IMG/VR virus record: IMGVR_UViG_3300037311_000287
Coordinates: 1-35,713 of that record
DNA length: 35,713 bases
Direction: 5' to 3' (one strand)
Source of the DNA: a virus
Lineage: Duplodnaviria; Caudoviricetes
Shown here: positions 17,544 to 26,910 of the stretch, piece after piece
Position numbering within the stretch: position 1 is the first letter of the stretch
Layout of the letters: each line of letters begins with the position of its first letter
Notes under the pieces: model-generated
Seen by the model: only the letters and a program-made list of their open reading frames with translations
Told to the model about the DNA's origin: nothing
Database searches by the model: none
Made by a program: the position numbers and the translations under genes

Positions 17544-17813
17544 CTATTCTTTTTCTCCCTCTTTGGCAGGGGGTGCTTCTGTTGCTGTTTTTTCAACAGT
17601 TTTTTTTGCTTTGCCTCCTTTTGCAGGTTTAGCACCGTCGCCAGCGCCTTCACTGGTAGCAGCTTCCTTGTCTGCTTTTGATCGGTTGATTTTATCTACC
17701 GTTTTTTTGTGCTCCCTGGCATATGCATTCGCATCATGTTCTGACAGAAATGGCATGCCATCTACTACAAAGAGCACATCTGCATCAGGGTGAGCTTTAA
17801 ATACTTCTTTCAC
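17544..17813 (-). CDS. Small head-associated hypothetical protein
   Basis: 89 aa, GTG start, DG.PF motif, low-complexity Ala/Lys/Glu tail; downstream of the capsid gene. Confidence 0.65.
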   Translation of the reverse strand: MKEVFKAHPDADVLFVVDGMPFLSEHDANAYAREHKKTVDKINRSKADKEAATSEGAGDGAKPAKGGKAKKTVEKTATEAPPAKEGEKE

Positions 17814-17815
17814 GT

Positions 17816-18025
17816 TTAAAAGAGTTTTGTAATGATGCTGCCAAGGATTCCAGCAATAGCTGAAGCAACGGCAACGTAAATACCCATGCGGGTTTCCAAT
17901 TCCTGGACCTTCAATTCGAGTAACCTGATTCGTTCTGAATAACTGGACATTTCATCCAGCACCCTGGACATTTTTTCATCCAGGCGAATCAAAAGGTCAC
18001 GATCGTTGAATTCCTTTTCATCCAT
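17816..18025 (-). CDS. Small coiled-coil plus single-TM protein (holin/XhlA-like)
   Basis: LLIRLDEKM coiled coil followed by the C-terminal TM segment IYVAVASAIAGILGSII. Confidence 0.6.
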   Translation of the reverse strand: MDEKEFNDRDLLIRLDEKMSRVLDEMSSYSERIRLLELKVQELETRMGIYVAVASAIAGILGSIITKLF

Positions 18026-18030
18026 GAGTC

Positions 18031-18083
18031 AAAAAAAGGCGGGCCGGTTTCACATGTTGGGTTCACCTCAGTGATCCCGGCCC
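18031..18083 (-). terminator. Terminator after the capsid gene
   Basis: gggccgg...ccggccc stem with a long loop, then gcc-ttttttt on the minus strand. Confidence 0.6.
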
Positions 18084-18114
18084 TATGGCGTGCGTAAAAA
18101 GGTTATCGTGTGAA

Positions 18115-19020
18115 TTATGGCCGGAGCGCCACTACTGCAATGCCTGCGTTGTCATTCCGTCTGCCACGGCCTCCCATGCGCAGCAAGAAGCTGATAAGGT
18201 CGCCGTAGTATTCAGCACGGTTGGGATTGTCGAAAATTTCGACATCGCCCATGGCTCTTTCTACCATGTTTTGGTGGTAGAATACTGCCAGCTCATTGTC
18301 CGTAGTTGCATTGGCCGCCTCAGGCGTTTTGATGGTTCCATCCGTTGCCTCGCGTGCTACTAAGGAGCGCACATAGATGTCAAAGGTGAACAACCTTGCA
18401 ATGCTGCCTTCAGCCAGATTCACCGGGTTTTGAAAAGCATACTTCAGGTTATTATCACTCATCAGGTGATTGAGTGCATTGGCGCTGATAATAGCCACAC
18501 GTCCTTCTTCAGGAACATTCTGATTCGTGAGCGCTGTGGCAGCAGCACGCAAGTCAGCTTCAGTCAGAATTTTGCGCGTACCAGTTGCACCCGGAGCAGT
18601 AGCAGCAGCCGTGGCACCAGTACTGGCAATCCTGAATCCAGCAGTGTTTGGGCTGTTTTGGATCCACCGGTAAATCATGTTGTCACCTGCCAGCTGTAGC
18701 AAAGCACCAGTGTCATCTTGGATGATAGATTGGCGCTTGTCGAATGACATTTCTTTTTTGTCAATGTCAGTGATCAGGCGAGGATCAGAGGTGAATTCAT
18801 CCAGGGAGTAGAAGACATCATTGTCAGTTCTGCTCACCGCTGCTGCTGGAAGTGAAGTACGGTTTTTCGTCACCGAACTTGGGGCACCAGCGTTGGGTAT
18901 GTGGACAATACGTCCACCAACAACATATTCATCAGCGTTGAAAGCGCGCGTGAGAAACCGGTTGCTTCGGAATAGCGCCCCCACGATGTCGGGACGCCAA
19001 AGTTCTTTATTAACTGCCAT
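18115..19020 (-). CDS. Major capsid protein
   Basis: 301 aa after the protease; VHIPNAG, LT.QNVPEEGR and YYGD..SF..R.GG motifs. Confidence 0.88.
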   Translation of the reverse strand: MAVNKELWRPDIVGALFRSNRFLTRAFNADEYVVGGRIVHIPNAGAPSSVTKNRTSLPAAAVSRTDNDVFYSLDEFTSDPRLITDIDKKEMSFDKRQSIIQDDTGALLQLAGDNMIYRWIQNSPNTAGFRIASTGATAAATAPGATGTRKILTEADLRAAATALTNQNVPEEGRVAIISANALNHLMSDNNLKYAFQNPVNLAEGSIARLFTFDIYVRSLVAREATDGTIKTPEAANATTDNELAVFYHQNMVERAMGDVEIFDNPNRAEYYGDLISFLLRMGGRGRRNDNAGIAVVALRP

Positions 19021-19058
19021 CTAGCTAGTTGTTTACAAAGGTTTTGAGTGTGGGTAGA

Positions 19059-20030
19059 TCAGAATTTGTATTCTGCTCCGTAGGAAGCTTTGTACAAGTC
19101 GCTGAACAATTGTCTGTTGGAGTCACGCAGACGTACCAGTTCTTCCGGATTTTCTTTCTCCAGTTCTTTGAAGGTTTTGCCCTGATGGGTGACAGCTGCC
19201 TGACCTGATTTTTCGCCACCACCTGGAATGCTTCGCAAAGAAGTACTCACGGGAATGCTTTCCAGCGCTGACTTCGCGTCTTCAAAAGAAGAAGTGAACA
19301 GGTTTTGCCACTTAGGTTTGTCAGCCAGCTTGATGCGGCCATCAGTCACAGCTGCATCAATCAGCTTGTCTGCATCACCAAGCTTAAGCGTTTTGTTTTC
19401 ATTGGTCAGTGCATTATTGGCAGCACGCAGTTGAGTGTTCTGCTCGTTGAGCTGCGTAATGGCCAGAACAAGTTCTGCCTCACTGGCATTTTCGCCCTTT
19501 TTCAGGGCAAGGGCAATTTGTTTCATATTTGAATTGTCGATTGAAGAAATGCTGTTTGTGAAATGGCCAAAAGCAAGCTTTACAGATTCGGTATTTTCCA
19601 TATCAATTACTTGGCCCTTCGTGTCGCGTAGCACAATTGAGTTGGAATTACCAGGCATATCCACCACTGAAATCTCGTTCAGGATGCATTTAGTAACTGT
19701 TGGGATTTTTTGCCCAGGTAAGTACAGAGCAGGATCATTTGATACTTCTAAAACCGTTGCATCAATTGAACAAGCCCGTAAGTGACCTTTGGCTACCTTC
19801 TTTGCAATCTTCATTGCAAACTCATCATCCTCATCAAACTCAGGTGTGCCTATAATTTCATTTTCTGACTTCTTGATTGACCATATGCCAATCGTTAAAT
19901 GTTTCCGGTTGTGATTGTATAAGCAGATTGGATTTTTTTCAAATGCAGACGTGTCAATACCAGAGGTTAAAACTCTGAACCCGTAATTATTAACACTGTC
20001 GTCCGTTACTCTAAATTCCATCCTGCGCAT
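19059..20030 (-). CDS. Prohead protease / scaffold (HK97 U35-like, Mu gpI-like)
   Basis: N.YGFRVLT.GID...F.KNP..LYNH, G.LR..SI and EISVVD.PGN motifs, then a coiled-coil scaffold. Start probably 20030 or 20021 (track gives 20045). Confidence 0.9.
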   Translation of the reverse strand: MRRMEFRVTDDSVNNYGFRVLTSGIDTSAFEKNPICLYNHNRKHLTIGIWSIKKSENEIIGTPEFDEDDEFAMKIAKKVAKGHLRACSIDATVLEVSNDPALYLPGQKIPTVTKCILNEISVVDMPGNSNSIVLRDTKGQVIDMENTESVKLAFGHFTNSISSIDNSNMKQIALALKKGENASEAELVLAITQLNEQNTQLRAANNALTNENKTLKLGDADKLIDAAVTDGRIKLADKPKWQNLFTSSFEDAKSALESIPVSTSLRSIPGGGEKSGQAAVTHQGKTFKELEKENPEELVRLRDSNRQLFSDLYKASYGAEYKF

Positions 20031-20034
20031 GTAA

Positions 20035-20180
20035 TTGATGCACAATGATAGGGGTGCATCTATGAGTGCTGCAAATTTGCGCGCACAGGACTACGCAAAT
20101 GTGTTAGTGGTTAACTATCAGGTGTTTATGTGTGCATCTACATGCAGTACTGCTCTTGTTAAAAAGGCACTTTTGCAGTA
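20035..20180. promoter_or_regulatory. Divergent late promoter region
   Basis: Lies between divergent head operons; -7-like boxes cacttttgc (+) and aaatttgc (-); gtgcatcta at 20054 and 20132 plus an inverted gatgcac at 20037. Confidence 0.5.
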
Positions 20181-20190
20181 AAATGTACGC

Positions 20191-20649
20191 ATGGCCAAGG
20201 AGTTATCTATTGATCAAAAAAAGGACTTTGCAAAATTATTGTACACCACACAGCGGTTGACGCAAGCTGAAATAGCATCGCGTGTTGGTGTCAACCACAT
20301 CACCGTGAACAGGTGGGTGGTTAAGGAAGATTGGGAAAGACTCCGCAAAAACTTGCTGGTAACCAAGCGGGAAAGGTTAGCTGCGCTATATGAACAGCTA
20401 TCTGAGCTGACCAATGAAATTGCAAGTAGACAGGAAGGTAAGCGCTATGCCATCAAAGGTGAAGCAGACACCATAGCAAAGCTCACAGCTTCGATCAAAA
20501 ACCTGGAAACAGAAACCTCCATTGGCCAGGCGGTGGACATAGGCATTGCCTTCCTTGATTATATGCGGCAGACTGCTCCAGACAAAGCGGTGGAGCTTTC
20601 CGACATGTATGATTCATTCCTGAAGCACCTATTAAGTAGTACATCATGA
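20191..20649 (+). CDS. Terminase small subunit-like HTH protein (DUF1804-like)
   Basis: HTH TQAEIASRVGV..TV.RW; overlaps the large terminase start (ATGA). Confidence 0.78.
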   Translation: MAKELSIDQKKDFAKLLYTTQRLTQAEIASRVGVNHITVNRWVVKEDWERLRKNLLVTKRERLAALYEQLSELTNEIASRQEGKRYAIKGEADTIAKLTASIKNLETETSIGQAVDIGIAFLDYMRQTAPDKAVELSDMYDSFLKHLLSSTS

Positions 20650-22148
20650 TTTCAAGAACTGATGCCAGGAAGTACATTGACAGATGGGAACCTTACCGCA
20701 AAAATCTTGAAAGGGATGTTGCAGTACCCAAGGAGGACCCAAAGGTGCAAAAGGAGCGCATCCAGAAACTGAAGGAAAACTTTGTTGAATTCTGCAAATA
20801 CTACTTTCCCAACTACTGTCAGGCAGAGTTTGCGAAGTTTCAGGTTGACTTTGCCAATAAGGTCATCAATGCCCGTAACATATATATAGTAAGAGCATGG
20901 GCCCGTGAACATGCCAAGTCAGTCATCGCTGGGTTATTCATTCCGGCCTATTTGAAGTTTACCGGAGGGCTTGATAACATGCTGCTGGTATCGCACAGCT
21001 TTGACCAGGCATGTGAATTACTCATGCCATTAATGATCAATCTGGAAAGTAATGCACGTTTGATCCATGACTTTGGCCGGCAAAAATCATGGAGAGGATG
21101 GGAGGTTGGCCGGTTCATTACAGCTGATGGAAAGTCCTTTAGGGCATTGGGTGCAGGGCAGTCACCACGTGGTACCAGGAATGAAGAAAAACGCCCTGAC
21201 TTCATCTTAATCGATGACATTGACACTGATGAAGAAGGCCGTAACCAGGACAGAATTGATAAGAAGTGGCAGTGGATTGAAAAAGCACTTTTCCCGGCCA
21301 TGTCCATTGAGGGCAAAAAACGCTTCGTTGTAGTTGGCAATATCATTTCTCCGGAAAGCATAGTGGTGAAAGCCAGCCGTATGGCTGATGACTTCCAGGT
21401 AATCAACATCCTGGACAAAAATGGTAACCCATCTTGGAAGGAACGCTACACATTAATTATGGTGAATTACATGCTCAGTAAAATAAGCTATGCAGCTGGG
21501 CAGTCAGAGTACTTCAATAATCCCATCAGAGAGGGTACTGTATTTAAGGAAATGCGCTATGGCAAGGTGCCACCGCTGAATAAATTCAAATTCCTGGTAT
21601 GCTACACGGACCCGTCGTACAAGGCCAGTGCGAAGAATGACTTCAAGTCTACCTGGCTGATTGGTGAGCTGGATGGGGTATTTTACATCATCAAAGGTTT
21701 CCTGGAGCAAAATACCACTATGAAGATGGTGGAATGGCACTATGACATTCAGGATTATGTAGGTGATAAGTCATCTATCTACTTCTACATTGAAAAGAAT
21801 TTGAACGAGGAAGACATCCGGGATAAATTCATTTCGAAGGCGAAGGAAATGAAGCGGGTTATTTCTGTGAATTTCGATGACCGGGCAAAGCCGGAGAAAT
21901 TTACCAGGATTGAATCAACCCTTCAGCCATTGAACTACAGTGGCCAGCTCATTCTGAATGAAGCTGAAAAAACCAATCCGCATATGGTTCGCTTAGAAGG
22001 CCAATTCAAGTCAATCACCCCTGCCTTGTCAGGACACGATGATGGCCCTGACAGTATAGAAGGTGGTGTATGGATTATTAACAACAAACTCCGCGTCATG
22101 GCACCTGTTAAAATAGGTACCTATGGCAGGAGCTCAAAAAAATACTGA
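20646..22148 (+). CDS. Terminase large subunit (Mu gp28-like)
   Basis: Variant Walker A WAREHAKS, Walker B ILIDD, nuclease YTDPS and HDDGPD motifs. Confidence 0.93.
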   Translation: MISRTDARKYIDRWEPYRKNLERDVAVPKEDPKVQKERIQKLKENFVEFCKYYFPNYCQAEFAKFQVDFANKVINARNIYIVRAWAREHAKSVIAGLFIPAYLKFTGGLDNMLLVSHSFDQACELLMPLMINLESNARLIHDFGRQKSWRGWEVGRFITADGKSFRALGAGQSPRGTRNEEKRPDFILIDDIDTDEEGRNQDRIDKKWQWIEKALFPAMSIEGKKRFVVVGNIISPESIVVKASRMADDFQVINILDKNGNPSWKERYTLIMVNYMLSKISYAAGQSEYFNNPIREGTVFKEMRYGKVPPLNKFKFLVCYTDPSYKASAKNDFKSTWLIGELDGVFYIIKGFLEQNTTMKMVEWHYDIQDYVGDKSSIYFYIEKNLNEEDIRDKFISKAKEMKRVISVNFDDRAKPEKFTRIESTLQPLNYSGQLILNEAEKTNPHMVRLEGQFKSITPALSGHDDGPDSIEGGVWIINNKLRVMAPVKIGTYGRSSKKY

Positions 22149-22150
22149 CC

Positions 22151-22558
22151 ATGTTTTTATCCAAGTCAGATTTACATGTATCAATCCTCCCTGAAGAGTT
22201 GGATGAAATCACCCGAGATGATGACACATTGGTGTTGACAGCACTGGAAGCTGCTGAAGCTGAAATGCGCATGTACCTATTTGACACCTTTGATGTGGAT
22301 GCTATTTTTTCAGCCGTTGGGTCAGCCAGGAATAAGCTGCTGGTAAATCATGGGGCAGACATTGCCATTTACTTACTGGTAGCACGTGGTCAGGGAGGGC
22401 AGGATTTTCAAGATCGCAAAGACCGATATGACAGAGCCATCAAGTACCTGAAGGCTGCGAGTAAGACAGAATACTATGTGGATCTTCCACGCAGGGAAAA
22501 TACCGTCCAAACAGTCGCAAAGTATGGTTCTAACCCCAAAAGGTCCAACTACTACTGA
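22151..22558 (+). CDS. Head-tail adaptor (Mu gp36 / DUF1320-like)
   Basis: MFL...DL, A.AEM..YL, DIAIY.L and RYDRAIKYL motifs. Confidence 0.85.
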   Translation: MFLSKSDLHVSILPEELDEITRDDDTLVLTALEAAEAEMRMYLFDTFDVDAIFSAVGSARNKLLVNHGADIAIYLLVARGQGGQDFQDRKDRYDRAIKYLKAASKTEYYVDLPRRENTVQTVAKYGSNPKRSNYY

Positions 22559-22662
22559 ACCTGAATCAATGAATAGGCGAATTACCCCGATAGGAAATGA
22601 TAGTTCGCACGATCACCCATTAGCTGGTATCAATAGCCGCACGGTCGGTTAAAATTCAATAC

Positions 22663-25179
22663 ATGGCATCTATATTCAATATTTTGAAAAGTGCATCCGT
22701 CAGGCTGGGATGGACCGGAATTTTCCCAAAGCCAACGCGTAAAGATGGCAAGCCAACCATAGTTGTAAATAAGGTTGATGTTCGGCCCATCGTTCGCCAA
22801 AGCCAGGACATCAATAAGTGGCGCAATGCCCTTATGATGGCTGAAGGTTATGGCCAGAATAGGTACATGCTTTATGACCTGTATGAAGACATCCTCCTGG
22901 ATGGATTCCTTATGCGAGCTTGTGAAAAGCGGATCGAAAAAATTACCAACTGTGATCTGAAATTCAGACGCAAGGGTAAGCCGGATGAAGTTATCAGTAA
23001 TTTGATGAAGCGCACCTATGCGGAAATACTACTCAAAGAGATAGTAGCGGCAAAATTATGGGGGCACACCTTGCTTGAGCTGGATTGGCCAGGCAGAGGT
23101 ATGGATGACACCATTGGCCACACACACCTGGTAAAAAGGCACCACGTCAAACCACGCTTCGGGATCGTGGTGCAGAACCCCTACGATGATAAAGGTGTCA
23201 GCTACCGGGAAAAGCCATTCAACCGGGTAGCCATGGAAGTCGGTGATACAGAGGGTCTGGGTGTTTTGCTTCAGGCAGCGCAGTACGTAATATATAAGCG
23301 TGGCAACTTCGGTGACTGGGCAGAATTTGCAGAGGTGTTTGGCATGCCCTTCCGCTGGGCTACCTATAATAATGAGACTTCCAGGACAGTACTGGAAGAA
23401 GCACTGTCCAAAGCAGGCAGCGCCGGTTATGCAGTGGTACCAGCTGATGCCCAGCTTCAGATGCAGGCTAATGGTGGAACAGGCACTAGTAATGACATCT
23501 TCCTGGAACTCCGCAAAGCCTGCAATGAAGAGATAGCCATCACTATCCTGGGTAACACCATGACCATGGTGGAAGCAGCGCACTCCGGGTATGCCCAATC
23601 TGAAACCCACGGTGACCAGCAGGAAGAGCTGCATAAGGCAGACCGCAAGTATGTGCTACGCGTTCTGAATGAAAAGCTCAATCCATACCTGGCCAGCATT
23701 GGCTATGATGTGGCTGGAGGTGAGTGGGCTTTTGATGATGGGGATGGCATGTCATTGAACGCCCGGGTAGATGTGGACATCAAAGTGGCAAGTCAGGTAC
23801 CTGTGGCTGATGACTATTGGTATGAAAAGTACCAGATACCGCGGCCAACAGCTTCCCAGCTCAGAGCGCTGGAAGATCGAAAGGCCAGAAATAAGGAAAT
23901 GGCAGTGCCTGCATCAGGCAGAGGCAAACAAGCAAAGCCAGCAACACCGGTGGAGGAAGATGATGATGAAGGTGAAGGTGAAGGGGCAAGCCTTAGAATG
24001 ACCCTCAGAGCTCACCACCATTTGTGCCAGTGTGGAAGGTGCAGCACTATTTCATTGGCAGCTGGTGATGAATGGGGCAGTGATATGGTGCCAGTGGACT
24101 TTCCTACCACTGAAGCATTCCTGCGCAAACTTTACCGCAAAGAGCTGGATGCATCAGGTATTGATGAAAAAATGTGGTCGTCCTACTTTACCCGCCTCCG
24201 CTCTGCCATCAGGGCCGGAGCTGGTCAGCCAGGCATTGGCATCACCTATGGACCTGATTGGAGGTTCAACCTAAAGCTGGAAGAGAATGCAGCTGCATTC
24301 TCCGCCTTCAAGAACCATGACCAGTATCGTGAACTCCAGAAGTTACTCCTGGAAGAAGATGGCACACTTACCACCTGGTCCAAATTCAAGAAGAGAGCTG
24401 CACCATTGGTAGGCCAGTACAATGAAGATTGGCTCAGAGCTGAATTTGAAGTGGCCAGGTCAGCCACACGCATGGGAGTAAAGTGGCAGGAAATTCAGCG
24501 CCGCAAGAATTTGTACCCCAACCTGGAGTACATCACCCAGCGTGACGCCCGGGTGAGAGATACCCACAGGCAACTTGACAGAATCATAAGGCCAGTGGAT
24601 GACCCATTCTGGGACACACACTATCCACCTAATGGGTGGAGGTGCCGCTGTGATGTTCGCCAAACAGATGATGACCCCAATTACCAGCGTGATCAAAATG
24701 CCGTCACTCCTGACACCGGGTGGTCCCAAAACGTTGGCAAAACAGGCAACATCTTTGACCCTGATCACACCTATTATATAGAGGATCACCAGGTGCGTAC
24801 CAATGCAGTGTCCAGGGCAAACTTCCTGTGGGACAAACAGACCGGCAAGGAAGTACTTGACCACTATAAGGCATTGCCCGAAAAACCGGTCATCACCATC
24901 CCTGACTTAAACAAGCAAGTAGTGGTGACCAATCAGGCAGTACGGTCAGTGCTGAATCACTACCATCCACAGGGAGCTTATCGTAACCATCTGATGTATA
25001 TCCTCCCGGAGGTATTTGAAAAAATGGTGTTCATCCAGTCAGTGCCGGAGTCAAAAGGAAGAGCCAACTTTAAAAGGTGGTATTACTATCTCCTGGAGTT
25101 GGATGACCTGATGTTCAAGGTTCAGTTTGTGGAGACAGCCAGCGCAGAGGTGAAGTTGTATGCCATCACGGCACCATAA
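22663..25179 (+). CDS. Portal (DUF935 / Mu gp29-like) fused to MuF minor head protein and a C-terminal extension domain
   Basis: Portal motifs W..FAE.FGMP.R and CN.EI...ILGNT; MuF motifs L.Y....D.RVR..H..LD...P.DDPFW...YPPNGWRCRC; about 110 further residues ending KLYAIT. Confidence 0.88.
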   Translation: MASIFNILKSASVRLGWTGIFPKPTRKDGKPTIVVNKVDVRPIVRQSQDINKWRNALMMAEGYGQNRYMLYDLYEDILLDGFLMRACEKRIEKITNCDLKFRRKGKPDEVISNLMKRTYAEILLKEIVAAKLWGHTLLELDWPGRGMDDTIGHTHLVKRHHVKPRFGIVVQNPYDDKGVSYREKPFNRVAMEVGDTEGLGVLLQAAQYVIYKRGNFGDWAEFAEVFGMPFRWATYNNETSRTVLEEALSKAGSAGYAVVPADAQLQMQANGGTGTSNDIFLELRKACNEEIAITILGNTMTMVEAAHSGYAQSETHGDQQEELHKADRKYVLRVLNEKLNPYLASIGYDVAGGEWAFDDGDGMSLNARVDVDIKVASQVPVADDYWYEKYQIPRPTASQLRALEDRKARNKEMAVPASGRGKQAKPATPVEEDDDEGEGEGASLRMTLRAHHHLCQCGRCSTISLAAGDEWGSDMVPVDFPTTEAFLRKLYRKELDASGIDEKMWSSYFTRLRSAIRAGAGQPGIGITYGPDWRFNLKLEENAAAFSAFKNHDQYRELQKLLLEEDGTLTTWSKFKKRAAPLVGQYNEDWLRAEFEVARSATRMGVKWQEIQRRKNLYPNLEYITQRDARVRDTHRQLDRIIRPVDDPFWDTHYPPNGWRCRCDVRQTDDDPNYQRDQNAVTPDTGWSQNVGKTGNIFDPDHTYYIEDHQVRTNAVSRANFLWDKQTGKEVLDHYKALPEKPVITIPDLNKQVVVTNQAVRSVLNHYHPQGAYRNHLMYILPEVFEKMVFIQSVPESKGRANFKRWYYYLLELDDLMFKVQFVETASAEVKLYAITAP

Positions 25180-25244
25180 ATAAAGAAAGCGAAGACACAC
25201 ATGGGTTCTGTAGCTCACAGTCTCGATGCATGTGCCTTCGCTTC
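25178..25244 (-). ncRNA. Candidate ~65-nt hairpin small RNA convergent to the portal-MuF gene
   Basis: Minus-strand TATATTTG box at 25254-25247 immediately upstream; stem aagcgaaggcacatg / catgtgtgtcttcgctt; ends in a U-rich tract. Confidence 0.5.
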
Positions 25245-25264
25245 CACAAATATAACGGTATAAT

Positions 25265-25690
25265 ATGCCACCAAGCAAGGACTTCAGGAATTTATTACGC
25301 TCCATGGCCAGGCTTCGGGCTGACCTTATTACCGTCCTGGAAGTGGAGGCAGAAAACCACTTTGCCAAAAACTTTGAGTTGGAAGCTTACGTGGATGCCA
25401 CACCACAGGACTGGCCAGACAGGAAAGACCAGGATAAAAGCCGCAAGCTCCTGGTATCCTCTGGAGACCTTAAAAAGGCCGCTACATCTGCACGTCGCAG
25501 TGGTAAAGGGGTTGTATTTGTGTTTAACCAGGTGTATGCCCGGGTGCATAATGATGGTCTCCAGGCAGGCAGAGGAAGCGGGTTTAAAATGCCACGTAGA
25601 AGGTTTATTGGCCCCTCCGTGCGGTTGAATGAGCGCCTGGATGCTAAGTTTAAGAAGGTTATTACCCAACATTTGAATACCAACTTATGA
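25265..25690 (+). CDS. Virion morphogenesis protein (Mu gpG-like)
   Basis: F..NF, LV.SG.L, YARVHN.G and MPRRRFIG.S motifs. Confidence 0.88.
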   Translation: MPPSKDFRNLLRSMARLRADLITVLEVEAENHFAKNFELEAYVDATPQDWPDRKDQDKSRKLLVSSGDLKKAATSARRSGKGVVFVFNQVYARVHNDGLQAGRGSGFKMPRRRFIGPSVRLNERLDAKFKKVITQHLNTNL

Positions 25691-26298
25691 AGCAGATTTT
25701 TTTGGACATAGATGCCCGCCTGCAAACGCAGGTACCAGAAATAAGATGGATTGACTTTGACCAGGGCCAGCTTGACCAGGAAACCCCACCAGTCAGCTTT
25801 CCCTGTGCTCTGGTAAGCTTCATTGACAGCCAGGTGCTGCAGATCGGTACTGGCCTGGAGGAAGAGAACCTGTCTATCCAGGTACGGCTGGGATTTAAAG
25901 TCAGGGAGCGCACCCATAGCAAGGCCAATCTGTCCCTGAGGGAAACCGCACTGGCACACCTGGATACCGTAGAAAAAGTACGTGCTTCACTCAATGGCCT
26001 TTCCGGAACCACCTATGCCCCGCTGCAAAGGGTAGGCACAGCCAGTGAAGTGCGTGGTGATTACCGGGTGTATCTTATCACCTTCAGTGCTGTTCGTACC
26101 GTTGGGTCTAATGATCCTGACCCTGGAAGCGGTGATGGTGGTGGTGGAACTGGTGGCGGTGGCGGTACTACTGATCCCACCAATACCTATGTACCTATCC
26201 TGGATGTTGACCCTTCATGGCCTGGTAATATGGGCTTTGAGTCCGATATTCGTATCGAATACCCGCCTGCCCAGGATACAAGGCCGCCGTTCAGCTAA
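25687..26298 (+). CDS. Tail terminator / neck protein (Mu gp37-like) with Gly-rich C-terminal extension
   Basis: VPEIRWID.D.GQL....PPV.FPCALV motif; synteny. Confidence 0.78.
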   Translation: MKQIFLDIDARLQTQVPEIRWIDFDQGQLDQETPPVSFPCALVSFIDSQVLQIGTGLEEENLSIQVRLGFKVRERTHSKANLSLRETALAHLDTVEKVRASLNGLSGTTYAPLQRVGTASEVRGDYRVYLITFSAVRTVGSNDPDPGSGDGGGGTGGGGGTTDPTNTYVPILDVDPSWPGNMGFESDIRIEYPPAQDTRPPFS

Positions 26299-26369
26299 AG
26301 TTTTTTTTACATAATGAAAATCCATTGGCATCAAAATTGTCATATTGTCAACAATCAAATTAACCCTAT

Positions 26370-26906
26370 ATGAAGTCACTATTTTCATTACTAGCAGCAG
26401 TCATTGCTTTATCTGCATGTGAAGTATCATCAGACAAGACCAATGCCACCCCAAGCGCTTCGCAAGACAGTACAAAAACATTGAATTGGGCATATTCAGC
26501 GCAAGCTGATGAAATGACAGGAGAGGTTACCTACTCGGCTGACTGTTATTCGCTCAATGAGGTTGAACCTATGATTCCTGGTAGTGGAAATCAAAAGTTA
26601 GCCCTGCGAATTCAGAAACAGCCCAATGGATCAAATGAAGTAATACTTGGTATTGAAGGTTTAGCATTTATGCTTGGAGCATTTGATCAAACCAACCTTA
26701 GAGTTAAGTTTGATGATGAGAAACCAATCTATTTTGCCTACAACGAAGCGTCTGACCCAACACTTAGTTTCATATTTATAAGGGACCCAAAGAGGTTTAT
26801 TGATAAAGCCAAAAAAGCCAAGAAGCTTATGATTGAGCCACAGTTTATAAACCAAGGAAAGCATATCTTCCACTTTGATGTCTCCGGCCTAAAATGGAAT
26901 CATTAA
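26370..26906 (+). CDS. Accessory lipoprotein (moron-like)
   Basis: Signal peptide with lipobox LSA|C; W.Y....DEMT and VKFDD.KP motifs; set apart by an AT-rich spacer and its own downstream hairpin. Confidence 0.75.
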   Translation: MKSLFSLLAAVIALSACEVSSDKTNATPSASQDSTKTLNWAYSAQADEMTGEVTYSADCYSLNEVEPMIPGSGNQKLALRIQKQPNGSNEVILGIEGLAFMLGAFDQTNLRVKFDDEKPIYFAYNEASDPTLSFIFIRDPKRFIDKAKKAKKLMIEPQFINQGKHIFHFDVSGLKWNH

Positions 26907-26910
26907 TAGG

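Noticed and set aside
25203-25226. tRNA gene
   Set aside because: Only about 14 nt resemble a tRNA 5' end; no anticodon arm, TTC loop or acceptor 3' strand.
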